A DNA stretch of 61,799 nt from the NCBI RefSeq assembly GCF_006345805.1, contig NW_021833106.1:1-61799 (forward strand), read 5' to 3'. Shown piece by piece: positions 41,083-51,509 of this stretch; positions within the stretch are counted from its first letter, which is position 1; each line of letters begins with the position of its first letter. The notes under the pieces were generated by a model. It did no database searches. It was not told where the DNA came from and saw only the letters and a list, made by a program, of their open reading frames with translations. This DNA is from Octopus sinensis. Its lineage: Eukaryota. Position numbers and translations under genes: made by a program.

Positions 41083-41496
41083 TGATTCTGAATACATCAT
41101 AAATAAACCAACCTTATGTAGCGAAGACGAACAGACAACTGTTCACTCCGGCCACACATGGAATGTTTATAAATCATATATCCGGTAAATGGCGGGCTTT
41201 TTTACGAACTGCATGTCGGGTAATGAAAAGTATTTCGGATAAGTTTAACAATTAAGGATAATCTCTTAATAAGGGATCTTAACAAAAATTATCGGGTAGC
41301 TAGCGTGAAAACCTCATAAAAAAAGAATCCGAAAATATTTTTTTCTTTTGAACAAATTAATTATATCTATATTGTATAAAGGGCATTATTACACATAAAT
41401 GCCTCACACTAGGAGGGACAAGTCATTACTACCAAAAATTATACTAATCATACCCAAATGCAGTTTTTCAAAGCAAGACATTTAAAAATGAATTAT

Positions 41497-41553
41497 GTTC
41501 TTGTATCACCGTGATTTCACATACAACTTGCGTCTAATGATCGTCAGCAGAAC
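41497..41553 (-). ncRNA. Predicted hammerhead, copy L3 (1-nt insertion in stem I)
   Basis: Plus strand GTTCTTGTATC versus consensus GTTCTGTATC. Confidence 0.75.
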
Positions 41554-41973
41554 TGATTCTGAATACATCATAAATAAACCAACCTTATGTAGCGAAGACG
41601 AACAGACAACTGTTCACCTCCGGCCAAGCACATGGAATGTTTATAAATCATATATCCGGTAAATGGCGGGCTTTTTTACGAACTGCATGTCGGGTAATGA
41701 AAAGTATTTCGGAATAAGTTTAACACATTAAGGATAATCTCTTAATAAGGATCTTAACAAGAAATTATCGGGTAGCTAGCGTGAAAACCTCATAAAAGAA
41801 AAGAATCCGAAAATAATTTTTTTCTTTTGACAAATTAATTATATCTATATTGTATAAAGGGCATTATTACACATAAATGCCTCACACTAGGAGGGACAAA
41901 GTCATTACTACAAAAATTATACTAATCATACCAAATGCAGTTTTTCAAAGCAAGACATTTAAAAATGAATTAT

Positions 41974-42029
41974 GTTCTGTATCACCGTGATTTCACATAC
42001 AACTTGCGTCTAATGATCGTCAGCAGAAC
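41974..42029 (-). ncRNA. Predicted hammerhead, copy L4
   Basis: Identical 56-nt motif. Confidence 0.82.
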
Positions 42030-42445
42030 TGATTCTGAATACATCATAAATAAACCAACCTTATGTAGCGAAGACGAACAGACAACTGTTCACTCCGCCA
42101 AGCACATGGAATGTTATAAATCATATATCCGTAAATGGCGGGCTTTTTTACGAACTGCATGTCGGGTAATGAAAAGTATTTCGGAATAAGTTTAACAATT
42201 AAGGATAATCTCTTATAAGGGATCTTAACAAGAAATTATCGGGTAGCTAGCGTGAAAACCTCATAAAAGAAAAGAATCCGAAAATAATTTTTTTCTTTTG
42301 AACAAATTAATTATATCTATATTGTATAAAGGGCATTATTACATAAATGCCTCACACTAGGAGGGACAAAGTCATTACTACCAAAAATTATACTAATCAT
42401 ACCCAAATGCAGTTTTTCAAAGCAAGACATTTCAAAATGAATTAT

Positions 42446-42501
42446 GTTCTGTATCACCGTGATTTCACATACAACTTGCGTCTAATGATCGTCAGCAGAA
42501 C
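42446..42501 (-). ncRNA. Predicted hammerhead, copy L5
   Basis: Identical 56-nt motif. Confidence 0.82.
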
Positions 42502-42923
42502 TGATTCTGAATACATCATAAATAAACCAACCTTATGTAGCGAAGACGAACAGACAACTGTTCACTCCGGCCAAGCACATGGAATGTTATATAATCATAT
42601 ATCCGGTAAATGGCGGGCTTTTTTACGAACTGCATGTCGGGTAATGAAAAGTATTTCGGAATAAGTTTAACAATTAAGGATAATCTCTTAATAAGGGATC
42701 TTAACAAGAAATTATCGGGTAGCTAGCGTGAAAACCTCATAAAAGAAAAGAATCCGAAAATAATTTTTTTCTTTTGAACAAATTAATTATATCTATATTG
42801 TATAAAGGGCATTATTACACATAAATGCCTCACACTAGGAGGGACCAAGTCATTACTACCAAAAATTATACTAATCATACCCCAATGCAGTTTTTCAAAG
42901 CAAGACATTTAAAAATGAATTAT

Positions 42924-42979
42924 GTTCTGTATCACCGTGATTTCACATACAACTTGCGTCTAATGATCGTCAGCAGAAC
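42924..42979 (-). ncRNA. Predicted hammerhead, copy L6
   Basis: Identical 56-nt motif. Confidence 0.82.
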
Positions 42980-43354
42980 TGATTCTGAATACATCATAAA
43001 TAAACCAACCTTATGTAGCGAAGACGAACAACCCGACTGTCACTCCGGCCAAGCACATGGAATGTTTATAAATCATATATCCGGTAAATGGCGGCTTTTT
43101 TACGAACTGCATGTCGGGTAATGAAAAGTATTTCGGAATAAGTTTAACAATTAAGGATAATCTCTTATTAAGAGATTATCCTTAATTGTTAACTTATTCC
43201 GAAATACTTTTCATTACCCGACATGCAGTTCGTAAAAAGCCCGCCATTTACCGGATATATGATTTATAACATTCCATGTGCTTGGCCGGAGTGAACAGTT
43301 GTCTGTTCGTCTTCGCTACATAAGGTTGGTTTATTTATGATGTATTCAGAATCA

Positions 43355-43410
43355 GTTCTGCTGACGATCATTAGACGCAAGTTGTATGTGAAATCACGGT
43401 GATACAGAAC
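43355..43410 (+). ncRNA. Predicted hammerhead, copy R1 (cleavage after 43404)
   Basis: GTTCTGCTGACGATCATTAGACGCAAGTTGTATGTGAAATCACGGTGATACAGAAC. Confidence 0.82.
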
Positions 43411-43825
43411 ATAATTCATTTTTAATGTCTTGCTTTGAAAAACTGCATTTGGGTATGATTAGTATAATTTTTGTAGTAATGACTTTGTCCCTCCTAGTGT
43501 GAGGCATTTATGTGTAATAATGCCCTTTATACAATATAGATATAATTAATTTGTTCAAAAGAAAAAAATTATTTTCGGATTCTTTTCTTTTATGAGGTTT
43601 TCACGCTAGCTACCCGATAATTCTTGTTAAGATCCCTTATTAAGAGATTATCCTTAATTGTTAAACTTATTCCGAATACTTTTCATTACCCGACATGCAG
43701 TTCGTAAAAAGCGCCGTTTACCGGATATATGATTTATAAACATTCCATGTGCTTGGCCGGAGTGAACAGTTGTCTGTTCGTCTTCGCTACATAAGGTTGG
43801 TTTTTATTTGATGTATTCAGAATCA

Positions 43826-43881
43826 GTTCTGCTGACGATCATTAGACGCAAGTTGTATGTGAAATCACGGTGATACAGAAC
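43826..43881 (+). ncRNA. Predicted hammerhead, copy R2 (cleavage after 43875)
   Basis: Identical 56-nt motif. Confidence 0.82.
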
Positions 43882-44302
43882 ATAATTCATTTTTAAATGT
43901 CTTGCTTTGAAAAACTGCAATTGGGTATGATTAGTATAATTTTTGGTAGTAATGACTTTGTCCTCCTAGTGTGAGGCATTTATGTGTAATAATGCCCTTT
44001 ATACAATATAGATATAATTAATTTGTTCAAAAGAAAAAAATTATTTTCGGATTCTTTTCTTTTATGAGTTTTCACGCTAGCTACCCGATAATTTCTTGTT
44101 AAGATCCCTTATTAAGAGATTATCCTTAATTGTTAAACTTATTCCGAAATACTTTTCATTACCCGACATGCAGTTCGTAAAAAGCCCGCCATTTACCGGA
44201 TATATGATTTATAAACATTCCATGTGCTTGGCCGGAGTGAACATGTTTGTCTGTTCGTCTTCGCTACATAAGGTTGGTTTATTTATGATGTATTCAGAAT
44301 CA

Positions 44303-44357
44303 GTTCTGCTGACGATCATTAGACGCAAGTTGTATGTGAATCACGGTGATACAGAAC
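44303..44357 (+). ncRNA. Predicted hammerhead, copy R3 (GAAA reads GAA)
   Basis: One A missing in the homopolymer; a likely sequencing error or an inactive copy. Confidence 0.65.
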
Positions 44358-44774
44358 ATAATTCATTTTTAAATGTCTTGCTTTGAAAAACTGCATTTGG
44401 GTATGATTAGTATAATTTTTGGTAGTAATGACTTTGTCCCTCCTAGTGTGAGGCATTTATGTGTAATAATGCCTTTATACAATATAGATATAATTAATTT
44501 GTTCAAAAGAAAAAAATTATTTTCGGATTCTTTTCTTTTATGAGGTTTTCACGCTAGCTACCCGATAATTTCTTGTAAGATCCCTTATTAAGAGATATCC
44601 TTAATTGTTAAACTTATTCCGAAATACTTTTCATTACCCGACATGCAGTTCGTAAAAAGCCCGCCATTTACCGGATATATGATTTATAAACATTCCATGT
44701 GCTTGGCCGGAGTGAACAGTTGTCTGTTCGTCTTCGCTACATAAGTGGGTTTTATTTATGATGTATTCAGAATC

Positions 44775-44830
44775 GTTCTGCTGACGATCATTAGACGCAA
44801 GTTGTATGTGAAATCACGGTGATACAGAAC
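44775..44830 (+). ncRNA. Predicted hammerhead, copy R4 (cleavage after 44824)
   Basis: Identical 56-nt motif. Confidence 0.82.
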
Positions 44831-45249
44831 ATAATTCATTTTTAAATGTCTTGCTTTGAAAAACTGCATTTGGGTATGATTAGTATAATTTTTGGTAGTA
44901 ATGACTTTGTCCCTCCTAGTGTGAGGCATTTATGTGTAATAATGCCCTTATACAATATAGATATAATTAATTTTTTCAAAGAAAAAAATTATTTTCGGAT
45001 TCTTTTCTTTTATGAGGTTTTCACGCTAGCTACCCGATAATTTCTTGTTAAGATCCCTTATTAAGAGATTATCCTTAATTGTTAAACTTATTCCGAAATA
45101 CTTTTCATTACCCGACATGCAGTTCGTAAAAAAGCCGCCATTTACCGGATATATGATTTATAAACATTCCATGTGCTTGGCCGGAGTGAACAGTTGTCTG
45201 TTCGTCTTCGCTACATAAGGTTGGTTTATTTATGATGTATTCAGAATCA

Positions 45250-45305
45250 GTTCTGCTGACGATCATTAGACGCAAGTTGTATGTGAAATCACGGTGATAC
45301 AGAAC
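45250..45305 (+). ncRNA. Predicted hammerhead, copy R5 (cleavage after 45299)
   Basis: Identical 56-nt motif. Confidence 0.82.
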
Positions 45306-45724
45306 ATAATTCATTTTTAAATGTCTTGCTTTGAAAAACTGCATTTGGTATGATTAGTATAATTTTTGGTAGTAATGACTTTGTCCATCCTAGTGTGAGG
45401 CATTTATGTGTAATAATGCCCTTTATACAATATAGATATAATTAATTTGTTCAAAAGAAAAAAATTATTTTCGGATTCTTTTCTTTTATGAGGTTTTCAC
45501 GCTAGCTACCCGATAATTTCTTGTTAAGATCCCTTATTAAGAGATTATCCTTAATTGTTAAAACTTATCCGAAATACTTTTCATTACCCGACATGCAGTT
45601 CGTAAAAAGCCCGCCATTTACCGGATATATGATTTATAAACATTCCATGTGCTTGGCCGGAGTGACAGTTGTCTGTTCGTCTTCGCTACATAAGGTTGGT
45701 TTATTTATGATGTATTCAGAATCA

Positions 45725-45780
45725 GTTCTGCTGACGATCATTAGACGCAAGTTGTATGTGAAATCACTTGTGATACAGAC
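45725..45780 (+). ncRNA. Predicted hammerhead, copy R6 (variant loop III and stem I)
   Basis: AUCAC UU GUGAU A CAGAC; core intact. Confidence 0.7.
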
Positions 45781-46038
45781 ATAATTCATTTTTAAATGTC
45801 TTGCTTTGAAAAACTGCATTTGGGTATGATTAGTATAATTTTTGGTAGTAATGACTTTGTCCCTCCTAGTGTGAGGCATTTATGTGTAATAATGCCCTTT
45901 ATACAATAGAAGATATAATAATTTGTTCAAAAGAAAAAAATTATTTTCGGATTCTTTTCTTTTATGAGGTTTTCACGCTAGCTACCCGATAATTTCTTGT
46001 TAAGATCCCTTATTAAGAGATTATCCTTAATTGTTAAA

Positions 46039-46088
<50 letters not shown>

Positions 46089-46553
46089 CGTGTGAGGATA
46101 AAATTTAGCTCGCTAAATAAATATAGCTTCTGTACTTACTTCCGTTTCACTTACGCCAAGGTAGACTTACGAAAATGATAAAATAAGTATCAAAGTCGAT
46201 GTAATCAACGAATTCTTTGAAGGTTTGTTGCTCTAACATGGCCAGAGAGTAATGAGTAAAAAAAATAAGAAGAAAAATTAGAAAAAATAAAATGAAGTGA
46301 AGTGTGACGTCAGCCGGTTGTGATAGTCTGCTTGTGGCTCAGTATAAATCTTGGCTTTGATCTGATAAGAGTCTGCTTATGTCGGCAGGTGGACAACAGT
46401 TCCGTTTTTTTTATTAACTGGTTTCATTCGTAAGACTTCCTTTAGTAAGTTCGTGTTGAGTAGAACAGTGTATGTATGCATGTACGTATACATATTTATG
46501 TACAAGTATATATACATATATGGATATATACATATATATATATATATAGGGGG

Positions 46554-46609
<56 letters not shown>

Positions 46610-47713
46610 GTGTCTAAAAAACATACAGACACACATACACACACACACACGCACATATATGTGAGTGCATATGTAAATGGAAGTGAGTGAAAGTGTATCA
46701 GTGTAGACACATATACATTCGTACATGCATAAATATACATGTATATACACACACAAATATATAAAAGAATGCATATTTGTATTGCCGCTATTTGTATGTG
46801 ATTGTGTACTTATATCTATACATACACACACATGTATGTGTATATATATATATATATTTCATATATATACATATATATATCTGTACACACACACACACGC
46901 ACACTTGTGTGTATGTGTGTGTGAAGGCATGTGTGTATGTGTAAATGAATGTATGTAACTTCTTTTTAAAAAATATATATACTACCCCAAAGAAAGACAA
47001 CACCAAAATCAATGTTGTATGTGTTTATCACGCAGTATATCACATGACCTGAACTGAACAAGGCCTCCTCCCCTCAGTCCCCACCACTCCCATCGCTACC
47101 ACCGCTTTCACCACCGTCAGTACCACCGCCGCCGCCGCCATCACCACTACCTCCCTAGACATTGTTCTGACTACACGTAGGCTCCACACTCACTTCATGT
47201 GTTCAAGATGGCGGCGGTGTTTAATCTCAATCTGAAGAGATTCGTCTCAGATACTGACAATATGAAATGTTAAACCGTGAATTATTGATAACAGATGGAA
47301 GGCGTAGGAGAGCAGTGTGGATTCCGGGTAGGGTTCCGGGTACGGGTGCGGAGTGATAGCTTTTTTCTTTTTCAGTGAATTTTTTTCTTTTTCTTTGTTT
47401 GTTTTGTTTTTTTTTTGACTGGGTAAAGGATGTGGGCTGGAAGGAACAATGAATAAAAAATTTTTTTTTTAAGTGAAGGGATGAATTGCAAGAGCAAGCA
47501 ATAATGTGTAAAACGAGGCTTTCTGGGGGGGGGGATAAATTAGAAAATAAAAATAAAAAAATGAACAAAGAAATATTTTCAATAGTTGTCTGACTGCCTG
47601 TCTCTGTCATCGTCTGTATGTCAGTTCCCCAGATTCTCTCCTCTCTCTCTCTTTCTCTTTTTGTCTCTCACTGATTGTTCTTCAAAGGAAGCCTGTAACT
47701 ACATATATATATA

Positions 47714-47904
47714 TACCGTTGGCGATTTTTTTCCCTCTGACTTCCCTTCTCTGGATCTTTCCTTCTCCTATGTTTCCGACGAAGAGCTCCGCTCGAAACG
47801 TTAAATCCTCCTTCTTTCCTTCTTTCCTGAGCGTCCAATAATACTTTATTTGTTCCACGTCCTCGCGTTGCTGTTTTTTTTTTGTGCTTTCTTGTTTGGA
47901 TTAA
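47714..47904 (+). mobile_element. (TA)n-anchored family F element
   Basis: Homologous to 38321-38515; followed by (TA)n. Confidence 0.8.
47772..47806 (+). ncRNA. Minimal hammerhead-like motif with U4->C change
   Basis: GUUU-CCGACGA-A-GAGC(UCC)GCUC-GAAAC-GUU-AAAU. Confidence 0.55.
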
Positions 47905-47920
47905 TTTTATATAATATATC

Positions 47921-47948
<28 letters not shown>

Positions 47949-47952
<4 letters not shown>

Positions 47953-48051
47953 ATCCAAACAAGAAGCACAAAAAAACACAACAACGCGAGGACGTGGGAC
48001 ATATATAGTAATTATTGGACGCTCAGGAAAGAAGGAAAGAAGGAGGATTTA
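47949..48051 (-). mobile_element. Partial family F copy, tail-to-tail with 47714-47904 across (TA)n
   Basis: GTTAATCCAAACAAG..CGCGAGGACGTGG..GGACGCTCAGGAAAG..GGAGGATTTA. Confidence 0.8.
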
Positions 48052-48125
48052 CGGTGTTATATTTAACGTTCTATAGCTATATAAAATATATATCTATATA
48101 TATATGTGTGGTGTGTATGAAATAT

Positions 48126-48372
48126 AATAAATGCGCCCTCTTTTAAAGCCTAGCCAGGCTCATGGGCCCGGTTTCCCGGTTTCTATGGCGTATGTGTTCC
48201 CCAGCTGGACGGGATGCCAGTCTATCGCAGCGTTATACATATTTACCAGATCAGAGGACTGGAGCAACGTGAAATGAAGTGTTTTGCTCAAGAACACAAC
48301 GCGTCGCCCGGTCCAGGAATCGAAACCAGTCATGATGCTGACGCCCTAACCACTAAGCCACACGCCTCCACC
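48126..48372 (-). mobile_element. SINE family C, full length
   Basis: Reverse complement of 17610-17855. Confidence 0.88.
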
Positions 48373-48404
<32 letters not shown>

Positions 48405-48835
48405 GCATATATGTATGTAGGTATGTATGTGTACACACGCATGCACACACATACACCCGCGCATTACGTTATGAGTTAAAAACAGCGTTTGTGTTGTAAA
48501 CATCGACAGCACATATTCAATGTATGTATTTTGATCGTTCGCCGGTACTCTGCGTCATAACGCAGTTCGGATGCGCCCCTTCAAAGAGCTGGGTGTTGAA
48601 ACATGTTTGTGATGGATACCGATATTTCGCCACGTTTATGTCTTATCGATATCACTTAACATGAATCAATCCGGAGGCGAATCGACTTACCAGTCAATGA
48701 CTATATAGAAATAGAGTAAAATCTATTTGTTGGTATGCCACGACGATGCATACGTGAGAATAAATTTCAATTATGAACCAGAACCAACGCTAGTGTTACA
48801 AAAATTATCGACTGCATATATATTATATATATATA

Positions 48836-48878
<43 letters not shown>

Positions 48879-48883
48879 TATAT

Positions 48884-48937
<54 letters not shown>

Positions 48938-48943
48938 GTATGT

Positions 48944-49273
48944 AGAGCACAGTGGTTAGAGCGTTGAGCTTACGATCGTGAGGTTGTGAGTTCGAATCCC
49001 GGACCGGGCTGCGTGTTTCGTTCTTGAGCAAGACACTTTATTTCACGTTGCTCCAGTTCACTCAGCTGTAGAAATGAGTTGCGACGTCACAGGTGCCAAG
49101 CTGTATCGGCCCCTTTGCCTTTCTCTTGGATAACACTGGTGGTGTGGAGAGGGGAGGCTAGTACGCATGGGCGACTGCTGGTCCTCCATAAACAACCTTT
49201 GCCCGGACTTGTGCCTGGGAGGGTAACTTTCTAGGTATAATCCCATCTTCTGTGTCATGACCGAAGGGTCTCA

Positions 49274-49278
<5 letters not shown>
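48944..49278 (+). mobile_element. tRNA-derived SINE, family D (C-like head and core, different tail)
   Basis: A-box TGGTTAGAGCG, B-box GTTCGAATCCC, core TTCTTGAGCAAGACACTT. Confidence 0.8.
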
Positions 49279-49334
<56 letters not shown>

Positions 49335-49435
49335 ATATATATAGGTTATATATATATATATATATGTATAAATAATATTATATATATATATCTGTATATA
49401 TATATATATATATATATAATATGTATATATATATA

Positions 49436-49625
49436 GGGGGAGAGTTTACGAAAAAAAACAACAAAAGACGAAGACAGGACGTGTAGAAAACAAACAGATG
49501 TCTTAGTATAACGCTCGGGAATTGAAAAAGTCTTCTACGTTTCGAGCCTACGCTCTTCTACAGAAAGGGACACAGAAAGAAACAAGGAGAGAAAAATGTG
49601 TGTAGTGGCTACTGATCTGTCATGC
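49436..49625 (-). mobile_element. (TA)n-anchored short element, family G (hammerhead-bearing, same architecture as F)
   Basis: Pyrimidine-rich lead, hammerhead-like core, CCCGAGCGTT..CGTCCTG, 3' end in (TA)n. Confidence 0.65.
49532..49567 (-). ncRNA. Minimal hammerhead-like motif with A6->U change
   Basis: CUUU-CUGUAGA-A-GAGC(GUAG)GCUC-GAAAC-GUA-GAAG; stems I, II and III all retained. Confidence 0.5.
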
Positions 49626-49633
49626 CGATCTAT

Positions 49634-49722
<89 letters not shown>

Positions 49723-49960
49723 ATGAAAAAATAGTCAAAATAGAAAATGCTAAGATGATTTTATAGTGAATCTTTCAGTACCGGTTTCGGTCATTTTGAG
49801 ACCTTTTCAACTGTAACGATTAAATAATTAATTTAGAAAATTTAGAAAAATTAGAAGAAAGGTTTTTTAAAGGAATACTTCCATAGTAGTGTTCAGATAT
49901 AGGTGGCATTCTGCCTTTCTCTGACTCCTTGTTTGCACTTGTGTATTCGGGTCGTTGTGT

Positions 49961-50033
<73 letters not shown>

Positions 50034-51132
50034 TATATATATATATATATATATATCGCGGGATTCTTGCAGAAGGCATTTGCCTGAGGTGCCGCGCAGT
50101 GGAACTGAACTAGAAAACTACGTGCTTGCAAAGTGAGCTTCTTAACTTCATCATTTTTTCATTAACATTTGTTTTGCTTGTTTGTTTTTTTATCTTTTTT
50201 TTTTCATTTCTGATTCCTTCCTCTTGAGCTGCTTTCTACATCATCGAATCGTATTCAAAATTCTGACAAAAGACTTGACTTCGTTATTTAAATTTCGCGT
50301 ATCAAATAAAATTGATGAGATTTTTTGGTATGTCCCAGTGGATTAACACTTTGTAGACATTTTAATGATTCTTTAACACCAGGAATTCTATCATCTTCAA
50401 AGAAATGTCATCCAGTTGAATGAGTTTTATGGAGTCTGAAGCTTTTTGCTTTTCTTCAAACTTTTAATCCATATCATAACATACTTTAACTGAAAGATTT
50501 ATTATGAGGGACATTGTTGATGTCGTGTTTTTATATAAGAATCATTGCTGTTGGTTAGGTTGTCTTCATTACTACCACTAAATTCAAAATTCAGCATTCT
50601 GCAACTGTGTAGCTAGCGACGAACTCTTAAAATACTAAAAATAGCAGCCAAATCTCTGTAGCTCCTTTAGTTAGTCGGGAAAAATTTCTTTGCAGTATTT
50701 CTTCCGATTCGTTATATTGAGTTCAAATTCTGCCGAAGTTGATTTTACATTCCATCTGTTCAGCAACGGAAAAATAAATACCAGTTGAGCACTGTTGTCG
50801 ATGCAGCAAACAAGGGGAGGTGCTTATCTCCCCTCTTTGAAAACTTAAGGACACAGAACGCTTGTGTCACATAGCCAACTGGAAATGATGTTTCCTAGGG
50901 CTAAATAGCAGTAACATTCTTCTTTTTCCTGGGACTGCCACATGAAGTTGGCAACAAACCATCATGTTTTCTTTACTATTAATTTCTATTTGAAAAATAA
51001 AATGGATGTGATCTACGTCATCAGCTTGCAAAACTGTTAGTTAAAAAATAATTGGGTGAAAAATTGATATACAATAAGCGGTTGCAAGAAGTCTAACAAG
51101 ATCCATAACAAATTTAATAATTCGGAAAATGT

Positions 51133-51509
51133 ACTTCTTTTATTCTTTTACTTGTTTTAGTCATTTCACTGCGGCCATGCTGGAGCACCGCCTTAAACCG
51201 TTTTAGTCGAAGAAATCGACTCCAGGACTTATTTTATCAGTCTCTTTTGCTGAACTGCTAAATTTCGGGGACATAAACACACCAACAACGGTTGTCAAGT
51301 GATAGTGGTTGGGGGAACACATGCAAAGACACACAAATATATACATATATACGATGGGTTTCTTTTGAGTTTCCATCTTCGAAATCCACCCACAAGCTTT
51401 GGTCGGCCCGAGGCTATAGTAGAAGACACTTGCCGTAAGTGCCACGCAGTGGGACTGAACCCGAAACCATGGGGTTGGGAAGCAAGCTTCTTACCATACA
51501 ACCATGCCT
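51133..51509 (-). mobile_element. SINE family A
   Basis: Reverse-complement match to the family A consensus. Confidence 0.88.

Larger units (their letters stand above)
40420..46043. mobile_element. Tandem array of ~12 monomers of ~476-478 bp, each with a predicted hammerhead (retrozyme-like), inverted at 43168 and flanked by (TA)n
   Basis: AAAGGGCATTATT recurs at about 40430, 40907, 41379, 41857, 42328 and 42804; reverse-complement units run from 43168 to 46043. The array and motif are seen directly; the retrozyme call is inference. Confidence 0.85.

Noticed and set aside
40420-43168. Second ribozyme on the ORF strand (ambisense design)
   Set aside because: No CUGANGA core found by eye (only CUGAUUC and CUGAAUA); twister and HDV-like folds were not recognisable. 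A covariance search is needed to exclude them.
40420-46043. CRISPR array, or Helitron tandem array (monomer has TCTATATTGTATAAAG and CTAG)
   Set aside because: Whole monomers repeat with no unique spacers. The TC-like start is not preceded by a hairpin plus CTRR end, and the right boundary is at another phase. Helitron origin is less likely, though not formally excluded.
48944-49030. tRNA gene (also other tRNA-like heads)
   Set aside because: A and B boxes are present but there is no full cloverleaf; they continue into multi-copy SINE bodies.
50250-50480. Faint LINE RT-like peptides on the minus strand (KASDSI, WDIPKNLINFI)
   Set aside because: Too degenerate, with many stops; cannot be supported.
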